Shown: positions 45,201 through 53,803, counted from the first letter of the stretch. The stretch: 64,000 bases of DNA from Fibrobacterales bacterium (GCA_051532055.1 JAOPTX010000003.1:153064-217063), one strand, 5' to 3'. Numbers and translations are program-made. Notes: a model not told the origin generated them from the letters alone.

Positions 45201-47083
45201 AAAAGGGACTCTTTGGTGCTCTTGAAGGGGCGGAAATTAAAAACGTTGGTTTGACCAATGTATATATCGCAGGACACGAAAAAATCGGGGCTCTAGTTGG
45301 CAGAGCAGATAAGGGCAGCACTATTAGGAATAGTTATTCAACGGGGGAAGTAATGGGCTATGCTGATGTCGGAGGATTAGTAGGACGTATGGAAGGAGGG
45401 AGCATTAATACGAGTTATAGTAGATGTGCTGTCACCAATTATTTTAGGGATTTCAGTGGTGGGCTTGTTGGCTCGGGTTATACTGTCGGTATATATAATA
45501 GTTATGCTGCAGCTACTTTAGGTGCAGAGTCAGGCGGTTTAGTGGGGCACTTTACTGATGGACAAATAATAAACAGTTATAGTGTATCTCGCTTTATTGA
45601 CATTACAGGTTCAGGCGGTTTGGTTGCAAGCAATGTAAATAGCATTGTGAAAAATTCATTCTGGAATACCGACTCTGCTCATGGTATTATTGGTGGTGAT
45701 GGTATTGGTAAAACCAGTACAGAAATGCAAGACATTTCGCTGTATACCAATACTGGGAGTCCTGATCTTGATTCAGCATGGGATTTTATTTCAAATCCTC
45801 ACAATGACACAGGCAATACTGACGTTTGGACATTTGAAATGGCTGGAGGGTATCCGGTAATAACTGCACAACTCTTCACTTTCCGCTACAATGCTGAAGT
45901 CAATGGACAGATATCTGGCTTAACGATTCAGAAAGTTGAGTTCGGTACTCAGGGGACAGAAGTTGTCGCTATTCCCGATGAAGGATACCATTTTGTGGTG
46001 TGGAGTGATGGTGTCTTAGATAGTGCTCGTCAGGATACTATAGCAACAAAAGATAGTACAGTAACTGCTCAATTTGAAATCAATAAATACCCTGTAAGCT
46101 ATAGTACAGATACTGGGGGAATAGTCAATGGAGATACCGTTCAATCAATTGAGCATGGCTCAAATGCAACACCAGTAACTGCGGTGGCGAGTACCGGTTT
46201 TAAGTTTTTGCAGTGGTCTGACGGAATTCTAGATACCTTACGTACCGATGTTTCAATTACCAAGACTCTTACTGTTAGTGCAGAGTTTGAAGTAGCTTAT
46301 TTTTCAGTAGAATACCATGTGGGTGATTTTGGAACAATTATTAAAGGAGATACCAATCAACGTATTGCCTTTCAGTCACGAGGTACAGAAGTCACAGTGG
46401 AACCAGATTCAGGATATATTTTTACGGGTTGGACGGATGGTAGTACTGCTAATCCACGGCTGGATACTGGTGTTACTACTACTTTCTCAGTAACGGCTCA
46501 GTTTGAGGTGGTAGGTACTATCATTGTTGATACTATAGGTCAGGATACTACACTCGGAGCGATCATTGATAGTATCTCAATGGTTGATATAGATACGCTT
46601 TCAAATACCAATCCTGATACTGTTCTAGACAACGATTTAGATTCAAATATCACAACTATTGCAGAAGATGAGTTAGTTTCATCATCTGAAAATGAGCTCA
46701 GTAGTGTTGGTGAACAAGAACCTCTCGTTGATTCACTTGAGCAACCCGAAGACAATTCTGATCAGGATAGGGTAGAGCTTTTATTTACGGATAACATGTT
46801 GAATAAGCACAGAATGTCTATAGCAGCTCATAACAGAGATTACATAGAGGTGTTTGTATTTACTCCGGAAAAAAATGCTGAAGTTGTTTTTTATGATTTC
46901 AGAGGGCAAAAGATTGGATATGCCAAAAACTCACTATACTCAGATGGCATACATTATTTTACAATGGAAACAGGAGGGCAAGGAGTGGGACAATTACACG
47001 CTGGTCATTATATAGCTGTCACCCAGTTAGGCATTGGTGCTCAGAAAAAGTATTTGAAAGCAGTTTTTACTGTGACTCATTAG
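42242..47083 (+). CDS. giant GLUG-motif surface protein with Listeria-Bacteroides (InlB B-type) repeats and C-terminal sorting-like domain
   Basis: Dense GLUG motifs (AGGLVGV, VGGLIGY, TGGLVGF, AGGLVGL, NSYSxGxVxG). Three large modules each open with G-x-G-x-x-x-x-P-Y-x-I-A-x-L-x-N-L-x-W-L-S. B-repeat units include GYHFVVWSDGVLDSARQD...VTAQFE, GFKFLQWSDGILD...VSAEFE and GYIFTGWTDGSTANPRLD...VTAQFE. Confidence 0.9.
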   Translation: MAVSNTSIIEREFDLKYFHVFILVFTLVSTVFSQTAIAPSFGDGSEKSPYQIASLENLYWLSQNHTKKDVGFYVQTADIDAAASQHWDGGKGFYPIGKDDTNPFSGVYDGSGFSIDNLTISTANAVFVGLFGVVQYSHIINLSVTNVLLTGNHSVGAVAGMSIGGSISNCSSSGTVNGSYAGGLVGVIQNTSISNSSAIVEVSGVTNVGGLIGYIEYEGSIINSYSRGEVTGTAVGTGGLVGFNEGGTIKMSYSTGKVIGVVQAGGLVGLTRNGNITNSFWAYDSSGQTMSSGGTGVIADDLKNIHTFTDTSTVGLDSAWDYIGHTNQDTVNGDIWIVGTDEYPEHTVRLTYETNDQYSIQGDTVQMLKKGGNAREVLVVPNFGFRFVQWSDGNTENPREYGTVNRATRVSAMVVLKDISLYKPDGVGSLENPYQIASLVNLFWLSQSDTAWDKNFVQTEDINASDTKIWGSGFKPIGNDTISFTGAYSGSDHTIEELTIQRFKDSFVGMFGKVTDAVIRDVHLLNALIEGGEYKTGGIAAEINNSVISNSHVSGVVTGVGIVGGLVGYAHYGTIINCSNSGAITTSGNRFNISVGGVVGKNESGTISNCFNSGNVVILDSTTQGSSSSAGGVVGNNLFGSITSSYNSGSVSGHTNTGGIVGTNFFESIIQESYNTGTVTGKEKVGGGVGLNNGEVFNSYSTGAVMGTNGVGGFIGKLDQGVLVNSYSVGLVQSTGTVGGLVADTSKAVIIQSFWNTETSGHSVSSGGTGKSIIQLQALETFTDISSEGLDSAWDFTGTVADDLQSDDIWSMNSGTYPELSPTLTYSSGLNYTVIGDTIQVFGSGKTVTPVEVKPQLGYAFVQWSDGKKDNPRMDTTVQSERAVSALVIKRDISLYKPTGTGTANDPYLIANLGNLYWLSEVDTAWHNYFLQTADINAAKTRYWYGGAGINSIGNSTIKTFTGVYDGGGHVIDSVYSFFSYGIRLYEKGLFGALEGAEIKNVGLTNVYIAGHEKIGALVGRADKGSTIRNSYSTGEVMGYADVGGLVGRMEGGSINTSYSRCAVTNYFRDFSGGLVGSGYTVGIYNSYAAATLGAESGGLVGHFTDGQIINSYSVSRFIDITGSGGLVASNVNSIVKNSFWNTDSAHGIIGGDGIGKTSTEMQDISLYTNTGSPDLDSAWDFISNPHNDTGNTDVWTFEMAGGYPVITAQLFTFRYNAEVNGQISGLTIQKVEFGTQGTEVVAIPDEGYHFVVWSDGVLDSARQDTIATKDSTVTAQFEINKYPVSYSTDTGGIVNGDTVQSIEHGSNATPVTAVASTGFKFLQWSDGILDTLRTDVSITKTLTVSAEFEVAYFSVEYHVGDFGTIIKGDTNQRIAFQSRGTEVTVEPDSGYIFTGWTDGSTANPRLDTGVTTTFSVTAQFEVVGTIIVDTIGQDTTLGAIIDSISMVDIDTLSNTNPDTVLDNDLDSNITTIAEDELVSSSENELSSVGEQEPLVDSLEQPEDNSDQDRVELLFTDNMLNKHRMSIAAHNRDYIEVFVFTPEKNAEVVFYDFRGQKIGYAKNSLYSDGIHYFTMETGGQGVGQLHAGHYIAVTQLGIGAQKKYLKAVFTVTH
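42355..45880 (+). repeat. three tandem coding modules of about 1.2-1.4 kb inside the GLUG protein
   Basis: Module heads are at about 42355 (GDGSEKSPYQIASLENLYWLSQ), 43510 (GVGSLENPYQIASLVNLFWLSQ) and 44930 (GTGTANDPYLIANLGNLYWLSE). Each is followed by GLUG tracts, then FW(N/A)(T/Y)(E/D)(T/S)SG...DSAWD(F/Y)...D(I/V)W...YPE(H/L), then a B-repeat. The divergence is at protein level, not near-identical DNA. Confidence 0.75.
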
Positions 47084-47089
47084 GTCCTA

Positions 47090-47734
47090 TTGTATCCTAT
47101 GAAAATCTATACACAGAATCGAACGTACATTGTGACTATCAGCATATTATTCATACTCCTTGTACAAGTGAGTTGGGCAAATGATGCTATACCTCAATCA
47201 GCAGAAAATATAGCACCTCTTACCATAGGGGATACCGTTTCAGTTGATACCTGGAATGCACTCACCACAACTTTAAACGCCAAAGAATCTAAAAAACCAT
47301 TGGTCGTTATTTTTTATAGAGGTGGGTGGTGTCCCTATTGCAATAGCCATCTTAAAGAACTTCAAGCTATTGAGTCTGATATTATCAAAAAGGGATATAC
47401 TTTACTGGCAGTGAGCCCCGATAAACCTTCTACGGTAGATGCTCATAAATCAAAGAAAAAGTTACCCATCACCTTAGTCTCTAATAGTGATATGAGTCTC
47501 GCCCTCGATTTCGGTATTGCTTTTCAGGTACCTAAGAGTTTAGTTAACAAGTATTTGAAATCCTATAGTATTGATCTTGAAGGTGACTCAGGAAAAAAAC
47601 ATAATCTTCTTCCAGTGCCTTCAGTTTTTATAATCGATCGGACTCGAGTGATTCACTATGTCTATACCAATGCAAACTATAAGGTGCGCTTAAGTGGTGT
47701 GGAGCTTTTGAAGGTATTGGATACCATCAAATAA
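47090..47734 (+). CDS. exported AhpC/TSA-family peroxiredoxin-like thiol-disulfide oxidoreductase
   Basis: The probable start is ATG 47099 (signal peptide ...VQVSWAND). The thioredoxin-fold motif is VVIFYRGGWCPYCNSHLKELQ. The gene begins only 6-15 nt after the GLUG gene. Confidence 0.8.
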   Translation: MYPMKIYTQNRTYIVTISILFILLVQVSWANDAIPQSAENIAPLTIGDTVSVDTWNALTTTLNAKESKKPLVVIFYRGGWCPYCNSHLKELQAIESDIIKKGYTLLAVSPDKPSTVDAHKSKKKLPITLVSNSDMSLALDFGIAFQVPKSLVNKYLKSYSIDLEGDSGKKHNLLPVPSVFIIDRTRVIHYVYTNANYKVRLSGVELLKVLDTIK

Positions 47735-47976
47735 AGTGTAGGGGAGCATTATGTTATTATGCGCATTATCTGATCATACTCTATCTCCATTCGTAGGCAA
47801 TAGGTAATACTATCTATATAATGTAAAGTCTTGAACAGACTTTAATCATAAATACTATGGAACAATAGATACAAGATAAATCCATCTCTGGACCGCTCTA
47901 CAGCCCCTAATAAGTCTATAATGCTATTCTTGTGTTTATTCTATACATTCATAAATACATACAAAGGGGGAAAGGG

Positions 47977-50900
47977 ATGAAATTCAGCTGCGTATTGGGG
48001 TTTTTACTGATTTTACTATTAAATACGGTATTTGCAGGTCCAGTTACTGATCATGGAGACCTACAGGTGCTCAATAAAGGGGGAGAGTACGGGTATACAA
48101 TCTGTGATATTCATGGTACCCCTTACCAACTTAAAGGTTTTAGTGCCCTCGATCTCAAAAACTGGGATACCGAATGGGTAGTGGGTCATACAATCCCTAA
48201 TATCGTTTCACTTACCGGATCTAACGCAGTGCGTGTCGCTATGTATACCTATGAAGCGGCTCATGGGTATATGAACCAAGATGCCACGGGAAAGGCTCTG
48301 TATCGTCAAAAAATGAAGGATTTGATACAAGATGCAATCTTGTCTGATATCTATATCCTGGTTGATTGGCATATATTAAATGACCCCAATCCTTGGAGTA
48401 CAGAGTATTATAATGAAGCCTATAGCTTTTTTACTGAGATTGCTCAGGAGTATGGTGCCTTTGATAATGTACTCTTTGAACTCGGAAATGAGCCTCTCGC
48501 GGTGAGCTTCCCTCATACCATTAAACCATGGGCTGAACATGTGCTCAGTGGTATCAGACTCTACTCAGATAACCTTGCCACAGTCGGTACTCCAAATTGG
48601 AGTCAATCGGTAGGGGATGTGATACATAATCAAATCACCACTAATGTTGGTCGGGGTGTCCTCTATAACATTCACTTTTACGCAGCAACTCACGGTCAGT
48701 GGTTGAGAGATGCAGGGAACAGTGCTCGTTTAAATAATGTGCCGCTTATCATCTCAGAGTTTGGAACCGTCGATGCCAGTGGTAATGGTACACTCGACTT
48801 GTATCAATCGGGACTCTGGCTTGATTGGGCTCAGAGTCATAATTATAGTTGGTTTAACTGGTCCCTCAGTGTTCGCGACGAAACATCAGCAGCGCTCATT
48901 AATAATGACCTTGCAGGCCCATGGGTTCCGAGTGACTTTTCAACCTCAGGTCGTTGGATTCTTTCGCGCCTCGGGCAGACTTTTGTTGATCATTCAAATA
49001 TTGCATTCGGTAAGACGGCTTATATGAGTAGCACCTATAGTGATTATTACGCATCAAGAGCCGTTGATGGTGTTGTAACTGGTTATAATCCTCAGTTGGC
49101 TCACAGTGCTGGAGGCCCAGCAGAGTGGCTTATGATTGATCTTGGGGCTGCATATGATATTACTGAAACCGAGTGGTTTAATAGACTGGACTGCTGTAGT
49201 GATCGCATGGATAGCTATAGTATTCAATATTCTCTTGATGGTTCTCAGTGGGTGACCGCGAGTGTACAGACTGAAGAGATGGCTTTTCCAACACGTATAG
49301 CTCTTAATGTAGCGGCGCGTTATGTACGAATAGTTTTGAATAAAGCAACGGCTATCAATCTAAGTGAAGTACAAATTTTTGGAACATTAGCACCGATAGA
49401 TACTGATGGCGATGGAATTGAAGATCATGCTGATCAATGTCCAGAAACACCAATAGATGAAATTGTTGATGGCGTTGGTTGTGCGCAGTCCCAGCTTGAT
49501 GATGATAATGATGGCGCTATGAATGATGCAGATGTATGCCCGAGTACTCAATCAGGTGTGTTAGTTGACGCCTTTGGTTGTGGCATTGACAGCGATAGTG
49601 ATGGAGTCTTTGATGGCCTTGACCAGTGTCCAGAAAGTCCAAGAGACTTTCCGGTCGATGTACAGGGGTGTGTTGTTGGGGTGACCAATGTTTCGTACGG
49701 AAAACAAGCCACTCAAAGCAGTACACATCCTTCTTACCCCAATTTGAATGCGAGTGTAGCTGTTGATGGAAACACGTCAGGTGGCTATCCCGATATTGCA
49801 CATAACTATAATGGTACTGCGGGCGAGTGGTGGCAGGTCGATCTTGGGGCGGTTTATTTTATTACATCGAGTAATTGGTGGAATCGTTCTGATTGTTGTT
49901 CGGATCGCATGAGTAACTACACTATTCAAGTTTCTTTGGATGGAGGCGTTTGGACCACAGTATCTGATCAGAATACAATTATGGGTCGCCCCTCTACAAT
50001 TGTTATTAATACAGAGGCACGCTATGTGCGAATGATCATGAATAGTAATACAAACTTTAATTTTTCTGAAGCACAAATCTTTGGGGTACTATCACCACAA
50101 GATCACGACAATGATGGTGTGTTGGATAGTGAAGACCTCTGTGTAAATACTCCTGAAGGTGAAATCATTGATGAAAATGGTTGTGCCGACTCTGAGAGAG
50201 ATAGTGATAATGATGGTGTCATTGATTTAGTTGATATATGCCCTTCAACAGAAACGAATGTAGTTGTTGAGGAGACGGGATGTGGAGTCGACAGTGATAG
50301 TGATGGAGTTTTTGATGGACTCGACCAGTGTACCGATACACCAACGGGCATAGCGGTTGATGTGCAAGGGTGTGTAACGGGAATAACCAATGTTTCTCAA
50401 GGGAAACACGCTACTCAGACCAGCACGTATGCATCGCTCACGGCTTCTCGCGCAGTGGATGGTGACTTAAGTGCTCATCACAATGGTGCAAACCTTGCCC
50501 ATACCAATGAATACAACGCCGGACACTGGTGGCAGGTTGACCTGGGTGATCTTTTCTACGTGACCAACAGTGTGTGGTATAACCGACTTGATTGTTGTAG
50601 TGACCGTATGAATAACTATTCTGTGCAAGGTTCACTTGATGGTGTTGTATGGTTTACTATCTCACTTCAAACGACACAAATGGGATATGGCACTACTATA
50701 CCTGTAGAGAGTCAGGCACGCTATATACGCTTGGTACAAAATAAAGCTGATGCAATCAATTTTGCAGAAGTGCAAATCTTTGGAGTAGTCGTACCTCAAG
50801 ACGCTGACCTTGACGGTGTTATGGGGTCACAAGACCATTGTCCAACAACGCCGATTGGTGAGGTTGTTGATAGTAATGGATGTACAGATGATGAGCGCGA

Positions 50901-51507
50901 TAGTGATTTCGATGGGGTGTATGATATAAACGATCAGTGTCCTGAAGCGGTAATTGGTGCATTAGTATCTCTCCATGGTTGTCCGAGTGATAGTGACGGT
51001 GATGGAGTGTTTGACGGTATTGATCAATGCGTGTCGACTCCCACAAGCGTTCCCGTAGATGGTACAGGGTGTATAACAGGTGTCGGTCTTGTTTCACGAG
51101 GGAAGAGTGCTATGCAGACGAGCACCTATCAAAGCCTTACAGCATCTCGCGCAGTCGATGGGGATTACTATGGTCGGCATAATGGCTATAACCTTGCGCA
51201 CACTGATGGCGCGGGGATTGGTGCATGGTGGCAGGTTGACCTTGGAGCACTCCATTATGTTACCAGTACCTACTGGTGGAATCGTACTGATTGTTGTGCA
51301 GATAGAATGAACAACTATATCATTCAACGGTCTGTTGATGGCACAACGTGGATTGATGTGTCTTACCAAACAAGTCAGATGGGGAGTGGCACAGAGATAT
51401 CGATTAATGGTGACGCACGTTATATTAGACTTATGATGAATAAGCATTCTGATATCAACTTCGCAGAAATGGAAGCGTGGGGAGTTGAGACGTTCTCAGA
51501 GATTTAA
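47977..51507 (+). CDS. GH5 glycoside hydrolase fused to four F-type-lectin (CBM47-like) domains separated by TSP3 calcium-binding linkers
   Basis: The track ORF opens at 47932, but ATG 47977 follows a GGGGGAAAGGG RBS and gives the signal peptide MKFSCVLGFLLILLLNTVFAGP. GH5 motifs are HGDLQV...QLKGFS, VDWHILNDPNP, FELGNEP (acid/base) and IISEFG (nucleophile). Four domains carry AH-x26/27-NR-x-DCC-x-DR. Confidence 0.9.
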   Translation: MKFSCVLGFLLILLLNTVFAGPVTDHGDLQVLNKGGEYGYTICDIHGTPYQLKGFSALDLKNWDTEWVVGHTIPNIVSLTGSNAVRVAMYTYEAAHGYMNQDATGKALYRQKMKDLIQDAILSDIYILVDWHILNDPNPWSTEYYNEAYSFFTEIAQEYGAFDNVLFELGNEPLAVSFPHTIKPWAEHVLSGIRLYSDNLATVGTPNWSQSVGDVIHNQITTNVGRGVLYNIHFYAATHGQWLRDAGNSARLNNVPLIISEFGTVDASGNGTLDLYQSGLWLDWAQSHNYSWFNWSLSVRDETSAALINNDLAGPWVPSDFSTSGRWILSRLGQTFVDHSNIAFGKTAYMSSTYSDYYASRAVDGVVTGYNPQLAHSAGGPAEWLMIDLGAAYDITETEWFNRLDCCSDRMDSYSIQYSLDGSQWVTASVQTEEMAFPTRIALNVAARYVRIVLNKATAINLSEVQIFGTLAPIDTDGDGIEDHADQCPETPIDEIVDGVGCAQSQLDDDNDGAMNDADVCPSTQSGVLVDAFGCGIDSDSDGVFDGLDQCPESPRDFPVDVQGCVVGVTNVSYGKQATQSSTHPSYPNLNASVAVDGNTSGGYPDIAHNYNGTAGEWWQVDLGAVYFITSSNWWNRSDCCSDRMSNYTIQVSLDGGVWTTVSDQNTIMGRPSTIVINTEARYVRMIMNSNTNFNFSEAQIFGVLSPQDHDNDGVLDSEDLCVNTPEGEIIDENGCADSERDSDNDGVIDLVDICPSTETNVVVEETGCGVDSDSDGVFDGLDQCTDTPTGIAVDVQGCVTGITNVSQGKHATQTSTYASLTASRAVDGDLSAHHNGANLAHTNEYNAGHWWQVDLGDLFYVTNSVWYNRLDCCSDRMNNYSVQGSLDGVVWFTISLQTTQMGYGTTIPVESQARYIRLVQNKADAINFAEVQIFGVVVPQDADLDGVMGSQDHCPTTPIGEVVDSNGCTDDERDSDFDGVYDINDQCPEAVIGALVSLHGCPSDSDGDGVFDGIDQCVSTPTSVPVDGTGCITGVGLVSRGKSAMQTSTYQSLTASRAVDGDYYGRHNGYNLAHTDGAGIGAWWQVDLGALHYVTSTYWWNRTDCCADRMNNYIIQRSVDGTTWIDVSYQTSQMGSGTEISINGDARYIRLMMNKHSDINFAEMEAWGVETFSEI
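48994..51504 (+). repeat. four tandem coding repeats of about 700 nt (lectin domain plus TSP3 linker)
   Basis: Lectin units start at about 48994, 49681, 50381 and 51083. The linkers at 49396-49670, 50101-50375 and 50800-51075 each carry three DxDxDGxxDxxDxCP motifs (for example DTDGDGIEDHADQCPETP, DDDNDGAMNDADVCPST, DSDSDGVFDGLDQCPESP). Confidence 0.85.
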
Positions 51508-51533
51508 ACTATTTCTTTTAATTAATAATTACT

Positions 51534-51570
51534 AAAGGCACGAATTGACATAGAGTCTATTCGTGCCTTT
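51534..51570. terminator. bidirectional terminator-like hairpin between convergent GH5 and GH30 genes
   Basis: The arms AAAGGCACGAAT (51534-51545) and ATTCGTGCCTTT (51559-51570) form a perfect 12-bp inverted repeat with a 13-nt loop. The A3/T3 flanks are part of the stem. The hairpin sits in the 67-nt gap between the two stop codons. Confidence 0.6.
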
Positions 51571-51574
51571 ACTG

Positions 51575-53803
51575 TTAACGCACTCTATTTATTTGAACGA
51601 TATATGCTCTACCATTGGTTTCGAGGTGGGAAATATCAATTGTTTTCGTCCCCACAAACTCCGTGTTTTCATAAAAAGTTCCCAGCAGTTCACCTGACAC
51701 ATTAAAGAGCGAAATAGTATACTCGCCTGGCTCTTGAATTGAAATCACTGCATGTGAACCTGTTTGCATTGAAGTATTTGCTGCTAATTGAGTATCAACT
51801 TCTGTTACCCCAATAGTTAATGTATCGGTATAGGGCATTGAACTACTCGAAAGTGCTGACGATGAAAGCTCCATACTACTTGAACTTTCAATGGAACTAC
51901 TCAAAGAAGAGCTCGATGAAATAATAATTGAACTCGAGCTTTGCATTGCTGCTTCTTCTATAACCACTGTTTGGATGGCATGTCCTTCAATAGTTCCGGT
52001 AAATGAGTATTCACCAAGGGTAATGCTGTATTCCGAAGTACTCTCTTCATCATTGAGGATTACTACTGCAATACTCCCATCACTGTTTAAAGCAGCGGTT
52101 ACCTCTAGTTTTTCTTCACCCGAAATATTTACCTCTCGGGTAACACCTTCAAAAGTTGATTTTTTATCAGTATCCATCTCAGAATCATTTCCCTCTGTAG
52201 AAACTTCAAGTACTGTAGCGCCCGGACGAATAAATTTGCTGAAATGACCAAAAAGATAAAAAGTAGGATTGTAGTGTATCACAGCATCACTCCCACTCCC
52301 TTTAACCATTACTGGCGCTGCGCACCAATTTCCAACATGATTGGGCCCGCCTTGATCATCTAAGACAATGTTCCAGTCAATCCAACCCGTTACCCAGTGA
52401 TTCAAGCTTGAGATGATATCTCGACCATAGCGGTAGACGCCTTCAACAGCAGGTTGATGATAATACGGGTCAATGCCGAGTCCCTCACGGAGATAGTTAT
52501 AGCCTTCACCATCATCATATCCCCATGAGCCGTGATTGCGTTCCCACCACCATTTCCACCAGTCACTTCTCTCAAACCATGGGTTCTCCATGTTATTAGG
52601 GTGGGCATCACTTGCTTGACAATTATCACCACACTTGTCTGGGTCATCAAAGCCAATACCTTCTCCAGGACTATCTCCCCTCAGCTGATCAATGGTAGCT
52701 TCTGTTGCCAATAACTTGAGGTGGGGATATTCTGTATGAAAAAATTCGAGTTCATCAATATAGGTGTTCCAGGTGCTCCAATACCAGTGGAGGCCAATAC
52801 CATCAAAGTCACCTTTGTCAGATTGGTCTTCCATACCTTTTACAAATTGCTTTGCATGGTCACCTTTGTTTTGGTCGAATCCATATATTTCAATGCCTCC
52901 ATAGCCAGCTTTTTCAAGAGCAGGAACGAGTGCATCATGCACATACTCGCCCTCTTGATCACCTTCAAAATGCATGCTTTCCCAGTTAGCGCCATTTCCA
53001 TAAGGTTCATTCACAGGGGTTAGCCCCCAGATATCTATGCCTTCGTTTTTATAGGCATCAAGGTAGGCAACTATGTAGTCGGCAAACGTTGGGTAATGTT
53101 CTTTTTTAAGAACACCACCAAAATAGCCATCACTGTCGGTATATTTTTTAATGACATCAGCATCTTTTTCACCTTCAATCTCTTTCATCCAAGGGGGAGC
53201 GGTCCATGGCGATGCGAGTAATTTCAAATGATCATCACCGGCTAATTCAAGTGCCTGCTTGATCATTGGAACAACATCATACTCCTCTTCTGTATCTTTT
53301 TTTATGGTAAAATCCGATAGATCTTCTTTCATTGCGTAGGTGTACTTGCCGGGCTCAGAAAAATCACAGCTTGCTATGTGAATTCGTGCGAGAGAATAGT
53401 GATTACCTTTAGGGCTAAAAAACGCCTCCATTATTTCATTACGTTTTTTCAGGGGTAATTTGTTGAGTACGATTGCTGATGACTCGGTGAGCGCGCCCCC
53501 AATGCCTGTAATCGTTTGTCGATAACTACTCGGATTAAGGTTTATAGAAATAGTAACAGCGCCATCTGGTGCACTTTTAGTGATAGCCGGGGAATCATCA
53601 AGTGGTGTAAGTTTTTTACCCTTTTTTGATGTTTCATAGATGGTGACGAGTTCGGGAATATAACCGGAAGATTCATTGGTACTGGATGAAAGCTCAGCAT
53701 TGCTGGTAGTGAGCCCAAGGGTTAAAATAAAACTGATTACACTGACCAGTAGTGTAAGATTGTGGGTGTAGAGAGAAAAATAGATTGTATGTGAAAATAT
53801 CAT
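51575..53803 (-). CDS. GH30 glycoside hydrolase (glucosylceramidase-like fold) with Ser-rich linker and C-terminal sorting-like domain
   Basis: GH30-type motifs are QTITGIGGALTESSA, ARIHIASCDFS, LLASPWTAPPWMK, WGLTPVNEP (acid/base Glu), GIGLHWY and LLATEA (nucleophile Glu). The linker is SSSSIIISSSSSLSSSIESSSSMELSSSALSSSS. Confidence 0.88.
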   Translation of the reverse strand: MIFSHTIYFSLYTHNLTLLVSVISFILTLGLTTSNAELSSSTNESSGYIPELVTIYETSKKGKKLTPLDDSPAITKSAPDGAVTISINLNPSSYRQTITGIGGALTESSAIVLNKLPLKKRNEIMEAFFSPKGNHYSLARIHIASCDFSEPGKYTYAMKEDLSDFTIKKDTEEEYDVVPMIKQALELAGDDHLKLLASPWTAPPWMKEIEGEKDADVIKKYTDSDGYFGGVLKKEHYPTFADYIVAYLDAYKNEGIDIWGLTPVNEPYGNGANWESMHFEGDQEGEYVHDALVPALEKAGYGGIEIYGFDQNKGDHAKQFVKGMEDQSDKGDFDGIGLHWYWSTWNTYIDELEFFHTEYPHLKLLATEATIDQLRGDSPGEGIGFDDPDKCGDNCQASDAHPNNMENPWFERSDWWKWWWERNHGSWGYDDGEGYNYLREGLGIDPYYHQPAVEGVYRYGRDIISSLNHWVTGWIDWNIVLDDQGGPNHVGNWCAAPVMVKGSGSDAVIHYNPTFYLFGHFSKFIRPGATVLEVSTEGNDSEMDTDKKSTFEGVTREVNISGEEKLEVTAALNSDGSIAVVILNDEESTSEYSITLGEYSFTGTIEGHAIQTVVIEEAAMQSSSSIIISSSSSLSSSIESSSSMELSSSALSSSSMPYTDTLTIGVTEVDTQLAANTSMQTGSHAVISIQEPGEYTISLFNVSGELLGTFYENTEFVGTKTIDISHLETNGRAYIVQINRVR

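Noticed and set aside
47824-47844. Hairpin TAAAGTCT-tgaac-AGACTTTA downstream of the peroxiredoxin-like gene
   Set aside because: The stem is 8 bp and mostly A:T, there is no U-tract, and it lies about 90 nt after the stop. It is too weak to annotate as a terminator.
48994-51504. Regularly spaced repeats of about 700 nt, considered as a possible non-coding repeat array
   Set aside because: The repeats lie in one continuous ORF with conserved protein motifs (lectin plus TSP3). The period is far too long and the units too diverged for CRISPR or satellite DNA. They are annotated as coding domain repeats.
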